Part shown: positions 1 through 15,139 of the stretch, one piece after another | How positions within the stretch are numbered: position 1 is the stretch's first letter | Layout: every line of letters begins with the position of its first letter | From: the human T2T-CHM13v2.0 reference genome, Homo sapiens | Strand: one strand, 5' to 3' | Assembly: GCF_009914755.1 (NCBI RefSeq) | Contig: NC_060933.1 | Length of the DNA stretch: 64,000 nt | Translations under genes and position numbers: made by a program | The notes under the pieces: generated by a model | Database searches by the model: none | The model's input: the letters and a program-made list of their open reading frames with translations, nothing else | What the model was told of the DNA's origin: nothing

Positions 1-359
1 TAGAGCCGCTGGGGTGGGGACAAGGACTCAGTGCTGAAGAAGTGGTTCAACAGACATTCTGAAAAATCTGGTGGTGAAAGCAGCAAGAAATTACCCAGGA
101 GGTACTTAAGAAATGTTAACTCTGGGGTGGTCATCATGGGGCAGTGGGTGGAAGAACTAAAATCAGATCATCTTGCAAATACAGAGAAACAGATTCGCAG
201 ATAGGAATACTCTGATGAACAAAAATAATCGGTGGAAAAAGAGCCTGGACTGGCAAGAAGGCATGATTAAAGAGGGCAGATGGATGACATTAAAAAGACA
301 ACTTGAGAGGGGAGAGAAGAATCAGAGCCAGGTCTGCTGGCCTCGACCCAGGGCATCTA

Positions 360-830
<471 letters not shown>

Positions 831-1419
831 TCATCAGCAGCAATGCAAGGCTAAGGACAGGTGATAGCAGATGCTGATCAGAGAAGCCCTGTTGGAATGG
901 GCAGGCAGGCATCAGGCTGAGTGGGCACGAGGGATGCCAGCAAGAGCCAGAGCTGAGGGATGGGAGAGAGCAGCAAACGATATGTTCAGCGGCTACTGGA
1001 GAGCACCTCATGGGCTCTTCCGGCCCCTCCCCTCTTGGCAATGAAAAGGAAAAAGAGTTTCTTCTGTGAAAAATATTTAGATTAATTAGAGAAACCTCTT
1101 CAAGAAGGTACAATTGGTGAAGCCATCCCTGGGACGCGTGGGGTAGGATTTTGTCAATGGCCTCATCACCTCAGAGGGAGACACAGAAAGAAACATGTCC
1201 ACAACTCTTTCAATTCTTGGAGAGCCAATCCTCTGGGGGAAGGAAGATACCACTCTGGAATGTTCTATCTCTTCACTACTCCTTTTTATGAGGCCCGGGG
1301 AACACTCTGCCTGGAAGCCTATTCCTAGCCTTCCCTGTTACTTCCCTGAAATTTCAGAAATCCCTCCTACCAGGTCTTCCTGGACCCCCTGTCAGGTCCA
1401 TATTCATGTTACTCTTCCC

Positions 1420-1705
1420 CACACATGCCTGTAATCCCAGCACTTTGGAAGACTGAGGTGTGCAGATCCCTTAAGCCTAGGAGTTTGAGACCAGCCTGGG
1501 TAACATGGTGAAACCCCGAATCTACAAACAACAACATACAAAAGTTATCCAGGTGTGGTGGCATGTGCCTGTAGTCCCAGCTACTTGGGAAGCTAAGGCA
1601 AAAGACACATGAGTCCAGAGGGTTGAGACTGCAGTGAGCTGTGTTCGGCCCCCTGCACTCCAGCCAGGACAACAGAGCAAGACCCTGTCTCAAAAGAAAA
1701 AAAAA
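1420..1705 (+). mobile_element. AluJ
   Basis: Diverged dimer, cttaagcctaggagtttgagaccagcctggg...gcaagaccctgtctc plus A-tail. Confidence 0.9.
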
Positions 1706-1729
1706 TTGCTGAAAGAATTAATCGAAAGA

Positions 1730-2080
1730 ATACATACTTTATGATTTAATTTATATGAATTTCTAGAACAGAAAAACTAATCTTTAGTGGGAAAAAAGTC
1801 AGATAAGGGGTTCCCACTGAGAGTGAGAGAAGAGAGTGAGGGTGAAGGGGCATGCAGAAATGTTCTGGAGTGCTGGCAGTGTTCTTCATCTTCATAGGGA
1901 CTTGGGTTAAATAGGCACATGATTTTGTCAAAACTCAGCAAGTGCACCTCAAGATTTGTTCATTAAATGCTAAGTTTCTTGCAAAAGAAAAAAGAACAAT
2001 TATTGAACTGTACTTAAGGAAACAAATGCTAAAGTATTTAGAGGAAAATTTTGCTTGATCTCTTATTTACTTTGAAATTC
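1730..2080 (+). mobile_element. Old L1M (L1ME-like) 3' UTR fragment, resumes at about 9260-9420
   Basis: Motifs aaaactaatcttta, gttctggagtgctggcagtgttct, ttgtcaaaactca typical of old L1M 3' ends; similar sequence resumes after the split AluJ. Confidence 0.6.
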
Positions 2081-2255
2081 TTTCTTTTTTTTTTTTGGAG
2101 GTGGGGGTTCTCGCTCTGTCAGCCAGGCTAGAGTGCAGTGGTGCAATGACGGCCAGCTAAGTACAGCCTCAACCTCCCGGGCTCAGGCCATCCTCCTGCT
2201 TCAACATTTCCAGTAGCTGGGACCACAGGCATGTGCCACCACGCCTGGCTAATTG
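2081..2255 (-). mobile_element. AluJ right arm and tail (left arm at 9137-9259), split by L1PA insertion
   Basis: T-tail, ctcgctctgtc..gagtgcagtggtgc..cagtagctgggaccacagg..cctggctaatt; stops at the central linker where L1 begins. Confidence 0.9.
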
Positions 2256-2972
2256 TTTTTTGTTTTATTATACTTTAAGTTCTGGGATACATGTGCAGAA
2301 CGTGCAGGTTTGTTACATAGGTATACATGTGCCATGGTGGTTTGCTGTACCTATCAACCCATCATCTACGTTAGGTATTACTCCTAATGCTATCCCTCCC
2401 CTTGCCCCCACCCCTCAACAGACCCCAGTGTGTGATGTTCCCCTCCCTGTGTCCATGTGTTCTCATTGTTCAACTCCCACTTATGAGTGGGAACATGTGG
2501 TGTTTGCTTTTCTGTTCCTGTGTTAGTTTGCTGAGAATGATGGTTTCCAGCTTCATCCATGTCCCTGCAAAAGACATGAACTCGTACTTTTTTATGGCTG
2601 CACAGTATTCCATGGTGTATATGTGCCACATTTTCTTAATCCAGTCTATCATTGATGGGCATTTGGGTGGGTTCCAAGTCTTTGCTATTGTGAATAGTGC
2701 TTCAATAAACATACGTGTGCATGTGTCTTTATAGTAGAATGATGTACCTATCCTTTGGTTATATACCCAGTAATGGGATTGCTGGGTCAAATGGTATTTC
2801 TGGTTCTAGATCCTTGAGGAATTGCCACACTGTCTTCCACAATGGTTTAACTAATTTACAATTCCACCAACAGTGTAAAAGCATTCCTATTTCTCTGCAT
2901 CTGTTGTTTCCTGACTTTTTAGTGATCACCATTCTGACTGGTGTGAGATGGTATCTCATTGTGTGTGTACGG

Positions 2973-3281
2973 TTTTTTTAGTTTTTCTTTTTCTTTCTTA
3001 AGATGGAGTTTTGCTCTTGTTGCCCAAGCAGGAGTGTAATGGCGTAATCACTGCTCGCCTCAACCTCCACCTCCTAGGTTCAAGTGATTCTCCTGCCTCA
3101 GCCTCCTAAGTAGCTGGAATTATAGGCATGTGCCACCACACCCGGCTAATTTTTGTATTTTTAGTAGAGACGGGGTTTCTCCATGTTGATCAGGCTAGTC
3201 TTGAACTCCCGAACTCAGATGATCTGCCCGCCTTGGCCTCCCAAAGTGCTGGGATTACAGGCATGAGCCACCGCACCCGGC
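2973..3281 (-). mobile_element. AluS (Sp/Sq-like) inserted in the L1 ORF2 3' end
   Basis: ttgctcttgttgccc motif, full dimer; TSD tctcattg(t/g)g at 2954-2963 and 3282-3291. Confidence 0.92.
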
Positions 3282-3366
3282 TCTCATTGGGGATTTCCAT
3301 TTCTCTAATGACCAGTGATGAGCTTTTTTTCATATGTTTGTTTGGCCGCATACGTGTCTTCTTTTG

Positions 3367-3704
3367 AGAAGTGTCTGTTCACATCATTCACCCACTTTTT
3401 GACGGGTGAATTTGTTTAAGTTCCTTGTAGGTTCTGGGTATTAGCCCTTTGTCAGATGGACAGATTGCAAAAATGTTCTCCCATTCAGTAGGTTGCCTGT
3501 TCACTCTGATGATAGTTTCTTTTGTGTGCAGAAGCGTCTGTTCATATCGTTCACCCACTTTTTGATGGGGTTGTATTTTTCTTGTAAATTTAAGTTCCTT
3601 GTAGATTCTGGGTATTAGCCCTTTGTCAGATGGACAGATTGCAAAAATTTTCTCCCTTTCAGTAGGTTGCCTGTTCACTCTAATGATAGTTTCTTTTGCT
3701 GTGC
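3367..3704. repeat. ~165-175 bp tandem duplication inside L1 ORF2
   Basis: Copies 3367-3529 and 3530-3704, agaag at the junctions; peptide [20 protein letters not shown] appears twice in ORF 3388-3678. Confidence 0.92.
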
Positions 3705-4640
3705 AGAAGCTCTTTAATTAGATCCCATTTGTCAATTTTGGCTTTTGTCGCCATTGCTTTTGGTGTTTTAGTCACGAAGTCTTTGCCCATGCCTACGTCC
3801 TGAATGGTATTAGCTAGCTTTTTTTCTAGGGTTTTTATGGTTTTACGTCTTACGCTTAGGTCTTTAATCCATCTTGAGTTAATTTTTGTATAAAGTGTAA
3901 GGAAGGGGTCCAGTTTCAGTTTTCTGCATATGGCTAGCCAGTTTTCCCAACACCATTTATTAAATAGGGAATCCTTCCTCCATTGATTGTTTTTGTCAGA
4001 TTTATCAAAGATCAGATGGTTGTAGATATGTGGTGTTATTTCTGAGGCCTCTGTTCTTTTCCATTTGTCTACATATCTGTTTTGGTACGAGTACCATGCT
4101 GTTTTGGTTATCGTAGCCTTGTAGTATAGTTTGAAGTCAGGCAGCATGATGCCTCCAGCTTTGTTCTTTTTGCTTAGTTTTAGGATTATCTTGGCTATAC
4201 AGGCTTTTTTTGGTTCCATAAGAAATTTAAAGTCGTTTTTTCTAATTCTGTGAAGAAAGTTAATGGTAGCTTGATGGGAATAGCATTGATTCTATAAATT
4301 ACTTTGGGCAGTATGGCCATTTGTATGATACTGATTCTTCCTATCCATGAGCATGCAATGTTTTTCCACTTGTTGTGTCCTCTATTTCCTTGAGCAGTGG
4401 CTTGTAGTTCTCCTTGAAGAGGTCCTTCATATCCTTTGTAAGTTGTATTCCTAGGTTTTTTATTCTCTTCGTAGCAATTGTGAATGGAAGTTCACTCATG
4501 ATTTAGCTCTCTAATATTAGTGTATAGAAATGCTTGTGGGTTTTGCACATTGATTTCTTATCCTGAGACTTTGCTGAAGTTGCTTATAAGCTTAAAGAGT
4601 TTTGGGGCTGAGACAATGGAGTTTTCTAAATATACAATCA

Positions 4641-4883
<243 letters not shown>

Positions 4884-5495
4884 CTACTTTACTGAGAGTT
4901 TTTTAATTTTGTCAAAGGCCTTTTCTGTATCTATTGAGATAATCATGTGGTTTTTGTCATTGGTTCTGTGTATGTGATGGATTATGTTTATTGATTTGCA
5001 AATGTTTAACCAACCTCGCATCCTAGGAATGAAGCTGACTTGATTGTGGTGGATAAGCTTTTTGATGTGCTGCTCGATTCGGTTTGCCAGTATTTTAGTG
5101 ACGATTTTTGTATTAACGTTCATCAGGGATATTGGCCTGAAATTTTCTTTTTTTGTTGTGTCTCTGCCAGATTTTGGTATCGGGATGATGCTGGCCTCAT
5201 AAACGGAATTAGGGAGGAGTCCCTCTTTTTCTATTGTTTGGAATAGTTTCAGAAGGAATGGTACCAACTCCTTTTTGTACCTCTGGTAGAATTCAGCTGT
5301 GAATCTATCTTGACCTGGGCATTTTTTTGGTTGGTGGACTATTAATTACTGCCTCAATTTCAGAACTTGTTGTTGGTCTATTCAGGGACTCAAATTCTTC
5401 CTGGTTTAGTCTTAGGAGAATGTATGTTTCCAGGAATTTATCCATTTCTTCTAGATTTTCTAGTTTATTTGCAAAGAGGTATTTATGGCAGTTTA

Positions 5496-5600
<105 letters not shown>

Positions 5601-8600
5601 TTAATCTTTTCTAAAAACTAGTTCCTGGATTCATTGATTTTTTGAAGGGTTTCTCATGTCTCTAACTCCCTCAATTCTGTTCTGATCTTAGATATTTCTT
5701 ATCTTCTGCTAGCTTTTGAATTTGTTTGCTCTTGCTTCTCTAGTTCTTTTAATTGTGATGTTAGGGCATTGATTTTAGATCTTTCCTGCTTTCTCCTGTG
5801 TGCATTTGGTGCTATAAATTTCCCTCTACACACTGCTTTAGCTGTATCCCAGAGATTCTGGTGCATTGTCTCTTTGTTCTCATTGGTTTCAAAGAATTTA
5901 TTTATTTCTGCCTTAACTTCGTTATTTACCCAGTAGACATTCAGGAGCAGGTTGTTCAGTTTCCATGTAGTCGTGCAGTTTTGAGTGAGTTTCTTAATCC
6001 CGAGTTCTAATTTGATTGCACTGTGGCCTGAGAGACTGTTTGTTATGATTTCCATTCTTTTGCATTTGCTGAGAAGTGTTTTACTTCCAATTATGTGGTC
6101 AATTTTAGAATAAGTGTGATGTGGTGCTGAGAAGAATGTATATTCTGTTGATTTGGAGTGGAGAGTTCTGGAGGTGTCTATTAGGTCCACTTGGTCCAGG
6201 GCTGAGTTCAAGTCCTGAATATCCTTGTTAATTTTGTCTTGTTGACCTAATATTGACAGTGGGGTGTTAAAGTCTTCCACTATTATTGTGTGCAAGTCTA
6301 AGTCTCTTTGTAGGTCTCCTAGAACTTGCTTTATGAATCTGGGTGCTCCTGTATTGGGTGCATATATATTTAGGATAGTTAGCTCTTCTTGTTGCATTGA
6401 TCCCTTTACCATTATGTAATGCCATTGTCTTATTTGATCTTTGTTGATTTAAAGTCTGTTTTATCAAAGACTAGGATTGCAACCCCTGCTTTTTTTTTCT
6501 TTCCATTTGCTTGGTATATCTTCCTCCGTCCCTTTATTTTGAGCCTATGTGTGTCTTTGCATGTGAGATGGGTCTCCTGAATACAGCACACTGATGGGTC
6601 TTGACTCTATCCAATTTGCCAGTCTGTGTCTTTTAATTGGAGCATTTAGCCCATTTACATTTAAGGTTAATATTGTTATGTGTGAATTTGATCCTGTCAT
6701 TATGATGCTAGCTGGTTATTTTGCACATTAGTTGATGCAGTTTCTTCATAGTGTCATTGGTCTTTACATTTCGTTATGTTTTTGCGTGGCTGGTACCGTC
6801 TTTTCCTTTCCATATTTAGTGCTTCCTTCAGGAGCTGTTGTAAGGTAGGGCTGGTAGTGACACAATCCCTCAGCATTGGCTTGTCTGTAAAGGATTTTAT
6901 TTCTCCCTCACTTATGAAGCTTAGTTTGGCTGGCTATGAAATACTGGGTTGAAAATTCTTTTCTTTAAGAATGTTAAATACTGGCCTCCACTCTCTTCTG
7001 GTTTGTAGGGTTTCTGCAGAGATCTGCTGTTAGTCTGATGGGCTTCCCTTTGTGGGCAACCCAACCTTTCTCTCTGGATGCCCTTAACATTTTTTTCATT
7101 TCAACCTTGGTCAATCTGATGATTATGTGTCTTGGGGTTGCTCTTCTTGTGGAGTATCTTTCTGGTGTTCTCTGTATTTCCTGAATTTGAATGTTGGCCT
7201 GTCCTTCCAGGTTGGAGAAGTTCCCCTGGATTATATCCTGAAAAGTGTTTTCCAATTTGGTTCCATTCTGCCCGTCACTTTCAGGTATACCAATCAAAAG
7301 TGGGTTTGGTCTTTTCATACAGTCCCATATTTCTTGAAGGGTTTGTTTTTTCCTTTTCATTCTTTTTTCTCTAATCTTGTCCTCATGCTTTATTTCATTA
7401 AGTTGATCTTCAAACTCTGATATCCTTTCTTCCACTTGATCAATTTGGCTATTGATACTGGTGTATGCTTCACCAAGCTCTTGTGCTGTGTTTTACACCT
7501 CCATCAAGTCATTTATATTCTTCTCTAAACTGGTTATTCTAGTTAGCAGTTCCTGTAACCTTTTATCAAGGTTCTTAGCTTCCTTGCAATTGGGTAGGAA
7601 CATGCTCCTTTGTCTTGGAAGAGTTTGTTATTACTCACCTTCTGAAGCCTACTTCTGTCAATTCGTCAAACTCATTCTCTGTCTAGTTTTGTTCCTTTAC
7701 TGGTGAGGAGTTGTGATCCTTTGGGGGAGAAGAGGCATTCTGGTTTTTGGAATTTTCAGCCTTTTTGCACTGTTTCCTCCTTACCTTCGTGGATTTATCT
7801 ACCTTTAATCTTTGATGTTGGTGACCTTTGGATGGAGTTTTTATGTGGGCATGCTTTTTGTTGATATTGATGCTATTGCTTTCTGTTTGTTAGTTTTCCT
7901 TCTAACAGTCAAGCCCCTCTTCTGCAGGTCTGCTAGAGTTTGATGGAGGTGCATTCCAGACCCTGTTTGCCTGGGTATCAACAGAGGAGGCTGCAGAACA
8001 GCAAAGATTGCTGCCTGCTCCTTCCTCGGGAAGCTTCATCCCAGAGGGGCACCTGCCAGATGCCAGCTGGAGCTCTCCTGTATGAGGTGTCTGTCTACCC
8101 CTGCTGGGAGGTGTCTCCCAGCCAGGAGGCCTGGGGGTCAGGGACCCACTTGAGGAGGCAGTCTGTCCCCTAGCAGAGCTCGACAGCTGTCCTGGGAGTT
8201 CTGCTGCTCTCTTCAGAGTTGGCAGGCAGGAACATTTAAGTCTGCTGAAGCTGCGTCCACAGCCACCCCTTCCCCCAGGTGCTCTGTCCCAGGGAGATGG
8301 GAGTTTTATCTATAGACCCCTGACTGGGGCTGTTGCCTTTCTTTCAGAGATGCCCTGCCCAGAGAGGAGGAATCTAGAGAGGCTGTCTGGCTACAGTGGC
8401 TTTGCCACACTGTTGGGGGTTCTAACCCAGTTCAAACTTCCTGGCTTTGTTTACACTGTAAGGGGAAAACTACGTACTCAAGCCTCAGTAATAGTGGATG
8501 CCCCTCCCCCAACCAAGCTCGAGTGTCCCAGGTCAACTTCAGACTGCTGTGCTGGCAGCAAGAATTTCAAGCCAGCGGATCTTAGCTTTTTGGGCTCCAT

Positions 8601-9136
8601 TGGGGGAGGATCCGCTGAGCAAGACCATTCGGCTCCCTGGCTTCAGCCCCCTTTCCACGGGAGTGAATGATTCTGTCTCACCAGCGTTCCGGGCACCATT
8701 GGGGTATGAAAAAAAAAACTCCTGCAGCTAGCTCGGTGTCTGCCCAAACAACTGCCCAGTTTTGTTCTTGAAACCCAGAGCCCTGGTGGTATAGGCACAC
8801 AAGGGAATCTCCTGGTCTGCAGGTTGGGAAGACCGTTGGAAAAGTGTAGTATCTGGGCCAGATAGCACTGTCCTTCACGACACAGTCCCTCACAGCCTCC
8901 GATGGCTAAGTGAGGGAGTTCCCCAACCCCTTACGCTTCCTGGGTGAGGCGACGCCCCACCCTGCTTCTGCTCACCTTCTGTGGGCCTCAGCCACTGTCT
9001 AACCAGTCCCAATGAGACTAAGTGAGTACCTCAGTTGGAAATGCAGAAATCACCCACCTTCTGCATTGGTCTCACTGGGAGCTGCAGACTGGAGCTGCTT
9101 TTATTCAGCCATCTTGCCAGTCTTCCCTTTTTTGTT

Positions 9137-9259
9137 ATTTGTAGAGATGAGGTTTCCTCATGTTGGCCAGGCTGGTCTCGAACTCTTGGGCTCAAGCAAT
9201 CCATCTGCCTTGGCCTCCCAAAGCACTGGGATTACAGATGTGAGCCACAGCACCCAGCC
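9137..9259 (-). mobile_element. AluJ left arm (partner of 2081-2255)
   Basis: tttgtagagatgaggtttc..gggctcaagcaatcc..cacccagcc. Confidence 0.9.
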
Positions 9260-9507
9260 AGAAATACATTTTTAAGAGATGCATGGATAATGGGATGAAT
9301 AGATGGAGAGATGTGTCAATGTTAATGATAGAATCTAAGTGACAGATACGTAGCCATTCACTTTTAAATTCTCTTAAGTTTGTTATACACTTGAAGTTTT
9401 TCAAAATAACATTTTGGGGAGAAATAGAAAGTGAAAAAAAGTTTCTAAAACTCCTTGGATTTTTTGATGCGATAGATAGTGGCATCATGGTTAAGAAAAT
9501 GTCCCCC

Positions 9508-9892
<385 letters not shown>

Positions 9893-12800
9893 TGATGGAT
9901 GAACCCAGTGTGGCAAAACCCTGATCATTGTTGATGCTGGAAATGGGGGCCCACTCTGTTCTCTTTTTGCAGTTTTTTTTTTTGTCTAAATTAAGGAAAT
10001 ATGTATACAAATCCCTAAGCAGTGGGGCCTACATGAAACAAGCGCGTATCTGCTTAAGTAAGAGCTTCCTTGAGGCTAATAGGCTTTAGTCCAACCACCT
10101 GGGTAAAACAGGCTCTTGATTTAAGCTGATGATAAATGCAGAGCCAACAACCAAAGGAAGCTTCCCTTCTCACACTCTGAAGTTTGTGTCAGCTGCACTA
10201 GGCTTGTTCCCACATGGCCTTTTAGTGTCCTCCAGCCAAAAAACAGCAAGCTCTCTTGACTGGAGTTTCACTCTCTTCACAAGCAATCTAGGACCCTGTG
10301 AATTTCGGATGAAACCCAACAGCTGTGCTAAACAAATATTTCCAAGGCTCTCTTCCAGGCACTGCAAAAAACAACCAAAGCCCCTCTAATCCCTATTTTA
10401 AAACAGTAACTGTTCATGACCCACTATCTCACCCCTATCCAAGACTGGGTTGCTTGCACAGCACACTGTAGATTACTTTTATCACAGCATTAAGTCCACA
10501 ATATTAAAAAATGCTTTTTTATCACCCAAACTAGATTCCTTGGTGAGAAAGGGGGTATCTTGTTCACTATTATATAAACAGCTAAGCACAATGCCTGGAA
10601 CATCTACACACTTAATATTTTTGGATGAACAATTTGTGAAACACACTCAGTTTCTAGAGCTTTGCTACACAGTCTTATCTTATTCTTTCTGCAGCCCTGA
10701 GAGCTAAGCAGGGCAGAAATTATTACTTTTGCTATGGCTGCCGCCACCACCAATATCCCAGATGAGGAAGCAAGGCCAATGGGGTTAAGAACCTGCTCAA
10801 TATCATAGAACAGTCCATTTTAAAACCAGGGCTAATGCCTCTTTTGCTGACTTCTAAAAGGATGCTCTTTTCATTACATCTGATTCCTCTCTGAGGAAAA
10901 TTCAAGTTGATGTCTCAGACTATAAGGACACTCCTCTACCCATAAGCACAGAGCTTGGAGATGGGGGTTGTATGGCCTCTGCCTTACTAAGCTTGCAAGT
11001 GGATGGGACCCAGTGAGCATGGCTGATACTTGGAAAGCAGGGTGTGTAAACAGTTGGATAAATGCCACCATCCATATAGCCCCAGATGTTTGGCTTGATG
11101 TGTGAACATGTTAAATGTCTCATAAAATTAATTAAGATAAAAATGATAACAGTTATGCTATATACCATGTTAATTTCTACCAGCCAGCTGACATCAACCA
11201 CTCAACATGTATTAATCTGCTTCATAATTTCTCCCTCCACAAGTCCCTTTCCTCATCCTGCATAAATAACAATCAATTGCTGTGCTTTCACTGCCCCTTT
11301 CTTGGGGATGCTCAGGTATTGGCTAGGATCACCCTCAACTGTTACCTTTGAGGTCAGATTAACCCCAAGCAGTTCATAAAAGACTCCTCCTGTCCTCTCC
11401 TAGCTTCAAGTTCAGGCAAAGAACTGGAAGTTCTGGATGAGTCTATAAATAAACACTGGCCCTAGGCTGTGGTCGCTGCCACTGCTCCCTACCCAAATCT
11501 ATCTACACGCATATGAGATACAGCCCTAGAGTTGTGCTTTGAGTCTCAGCAGGTGAACTGGTGACAACTTGAGTGGGGCCAAAAGGCCCAAAGGACTAGA
11601 TTCCTGGAACAGTTGCATTTCATCTCCTTCAAGAGAATGTCCCAGTGTCCCAGCATCCCTCTCTGGGGTACAAGTATGCTTTTTATGACATGGATGGAAT
11701 TATTGGAAGTCCTGGAGTCCTCAAGTGCCTTCTGAATTACTGTTGCTAAGCAGCTTCCTAGGCATTTCAGTGTTTATAGTTGTCCCATTGCCTTGAGCCC
11801 CAAAACTTAGCCCGAGGTCTCTTAGCCTCCGTGTCAGGTTTTCAGTGCCAAGGTCTCCCTGTGTTAAGGTTTCAGGAGTCTTTCCTTCTCTAAACGTGGC
11901 CCTGTCTCATGCTGCAGGTAATGGGGAGGATAAATGGGTTCCCTGGGTTTCCCTGTCCCCTCAAACCCCCAACCCCAGTCCGACCTGCACCAGCCCTCCT
12001 ACCCAACCCATACCTTTTCCTACCTGAACAGCTACCAAAGGGAGTGATTTTGCCCCGAGTGGGGCCTTTCTGCAGCAGCAAGTGGCGGAGCAAGATGTGC
12101 AGACAGGAAGATCCTGACTTGGTAGCCAATGCCAAATTCAATTGAGCAGCGAGGATTTTCTCCACTGCTCGTAAGCTGCCAAAACTGAATATTCCCCATG
12201 CCCCACTGCTGCTTGCCTCAATTCTCCAAACTTTCAGAATTCCAACAGATAACCAAAATCTCAACTGTTGTATCTTCCATCAAAATGTATCAGGGCTAAT
12301 CTATATTTTCTGTCTCTACGGAGCTTTTCAAAATAGGAGCCAAATCCCCTATAATGTCACTAAAGCAAAAGAAAGTTAATTTAAACAATGAATGGAATGA
12401 TTTTAGAAAAAAATGCCCTCATTTCACTACATTTATTCCTCTGAGTACCAAAAATATTTTTCAACAAGCATGTGATTCTTAGGGACCTAACTCACTGTTA
12501 TAAGACACCCCCTACTTTCCAAAACAAGTAGGAGGCTGGACTTCGAGTTTAATTATTACCACAGCTGAGCAGCTGGAATGAAATTACTTCCCTATACTGT
12601 GTGTTCATAATTCAATATGTCAAAGTTGTCTCTGATTTCACTAATGGTTTTTTTCTCTATTTTTCCTAGATGTTTAGCCCAAAGGGAAACTTTTTAAGTC
12701 ATCCCTTTCCAATTGTACTTTTTCAATATATTCTCACTGGAAATTAAAATTTACAGATAGTGTAAAACCCACTCCAATAAAATATAGCACTGTAAAATGT

Positions 12801-15139
12801 TAAAGGTAACCCACTCTCACCCCCAAATATCCTGCTTTATATGGATTCACTAATAATCAATAACAAAAGAGCCAGGTTTTGCTTTTGTTACTTGACGAAA
12901 CAAGAAGATTTCTAGTATAAAGAACCACGCTGGAAAAATTGTACTTTTGGTTTATATGTTTTCATGAAAGTCAGAACTTGTTAAACCCCTTGGGCTTCTG
13001 GAAGAATGCAGAGGATTTAAAGAGCATTTCTTACTGGACCTCCCAGATGCTGGCAAAGTTCAAGGGAATGAAGAGGTGTTAGGAGAAAACAGGCAGATAT
13101 ACACATACAATGGGCATTCATTCCATTTTTTATTTCTGGTAGAAGATAGCCCTTCTTTACAAAAAATAAGATTCACAAAAATAAAATTCTCAGCTTTCTC
13201 TAATCTTTGCAAAGTAGCCCTCTTCTTTTTCTCATCTCAAATTACTGAAGAAACAAACACCATACCTTTCTATTAGACTGGCTGAAGACTGCGCTCCATG
13301 AGACCTTTGCCTTTTGTTCATAAATGTGTAGAATTTGTGCACCAATACATTTGTACACCTTCAATGATGACAATATGAATATTTGACATTTGCATTGACT
13401 GTGTGCCAGGCACTGTTCTTACCTGTTTATCTGTATTATCTCAATCTTTACAATCTTATTAGAACAGAAGGTCTACAAAAAAACTCAAAACCTGAGGTTG
13501 TGAGTCATGCTACATGAACAGTCTAGGGCTACAAAGGACCCTCATAGAACCAGATCAGCCACAGAAGGGCGTTCAAGAGGAAATGGACCTGGAGTCTCCA
13601 ACTCTTAGGCTCTAAGAAGCCCAACGTACCAACAGAAGGGCCTCCTCCAGCTTCTACAAAATTCCATCTCTTTCCTTATACTCTCCTCTTTGCTCTTCCT
13701 TTGTCCAGCCCCTACATCTTTTTCTCTTCTTGGTGCCCACACTGCACTAAGCCTCGAGTCCTTCCGGGCCTAAGGCCATGGCCATTTCCAACCCAGAGTA
13801 CACATGGGGAGGCAAAGTCCATTCACAGAAAGTAGTGGCAACAGCCTCCGGTACTCAGGATCCCACCCTCTGCCACCAGACAAAGGAAAAGTGAAAAAAA
13901 CACTCCCCACAAGCCCTCTCACTGACTAAAATCAGGGCATAAAGCCACCCCTGGCTGCACGGGGAGCTGCAAAATCAAAGATGTGGAGTCAGAACACTGG
14001 AAAATAGGCAAGAGAAATCAGGTTGGGAAAGTAGTTCAAGTGACCACCCAACAGAATCTGTTCTCAAAATGAGTCAACAAAAATAACGTGTTTTTATTTA
14101 TTGTCAGTGTTGTACAGGTAGTTACCAGGTAAAGGCTGGTGAAAACTCTAATGGAATAACTGGTTTTAATTATGCATAAAATGAGCTTTGTGCATATTTA
14201 TGTACAACTGCAAACTACTATAGAAGAATCATCTAAAGTACCAGCACCTTTAAAGTGGCATTCAATACAGCTGCCATACAGCTGCACATCTCAGTAGAGT
14301 TGTAGACAGGTATCACAGGACACTGCATGCCAAGTGAAATTTCAGAAACACATAGGTAGATAGGAATGATTTTCTCTAGAGCGTTGCCTTGTATTATCTC
14401 TAGTGCACACACACAGGAATCTCAAACAAAATGCAGCCAAAACCCAGACGTGTCTTGCCCTTGTTATCATTACACATCCTGGTTAAATGGCCCACATGTG
14501 CCTGGTGCCGCACTGGATAAGACAAGCTGGGTGTCTCATCTGTCAACTGATTCCAGACCAGAGTTTCTTTTGACTCACCTGGCTACTTAAGCTGGTATCC
14601 CTGGTATCTGATCCCTTTCCTCTGCAGATTTCCAAAGCTACTCACTTGGGTGAAAAGAGACAAAAATCTTCTCAGATACAGAAGGTGCTTAGTCTTACCT
14701 ATTATATCCTGATCCCCTGATTATCCCACTGTAATATTCACAAGTTAAACAATGTACAATTTTGTCTTTTCATTTATTGCCCACTTATTCATTCATCCAT
14801 ATGACACTCTCAAAGCTCTTGTTATATGTCATGTACTGTGTTGGGTAATAATTAGAAAGAAAAATAATGTACATACTTCCTTGCCTTAAAGGAACTGATC
14901 TATCATGTCCCATCTTCCCTTCTTGACATTGGTGCTCAGTATCCAAAAACTTGGGGCCCTTATGTCTTATGTTGGTGGCAGTGTGCCCTTACGGCCAAGG
15001 AAGCAGACAGTAAGGGGTTGTAGGTACAATGGGGCAGGAGAGGCATCCAAAATAGTTAAGAAGACTGGTTATGTTTTACAAACCAGTAAATACATTCAAA
15101 ATAGAAGGAGCCAGGTTCTTATCCTCAAAATCTACTTCT

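Noticed and set aside
12075-12088. CTCF-like motifs here, at about 51142 and at about 53213
   Set aside because: Each mismatches core positions of the consensus; not supportable without ChIP data
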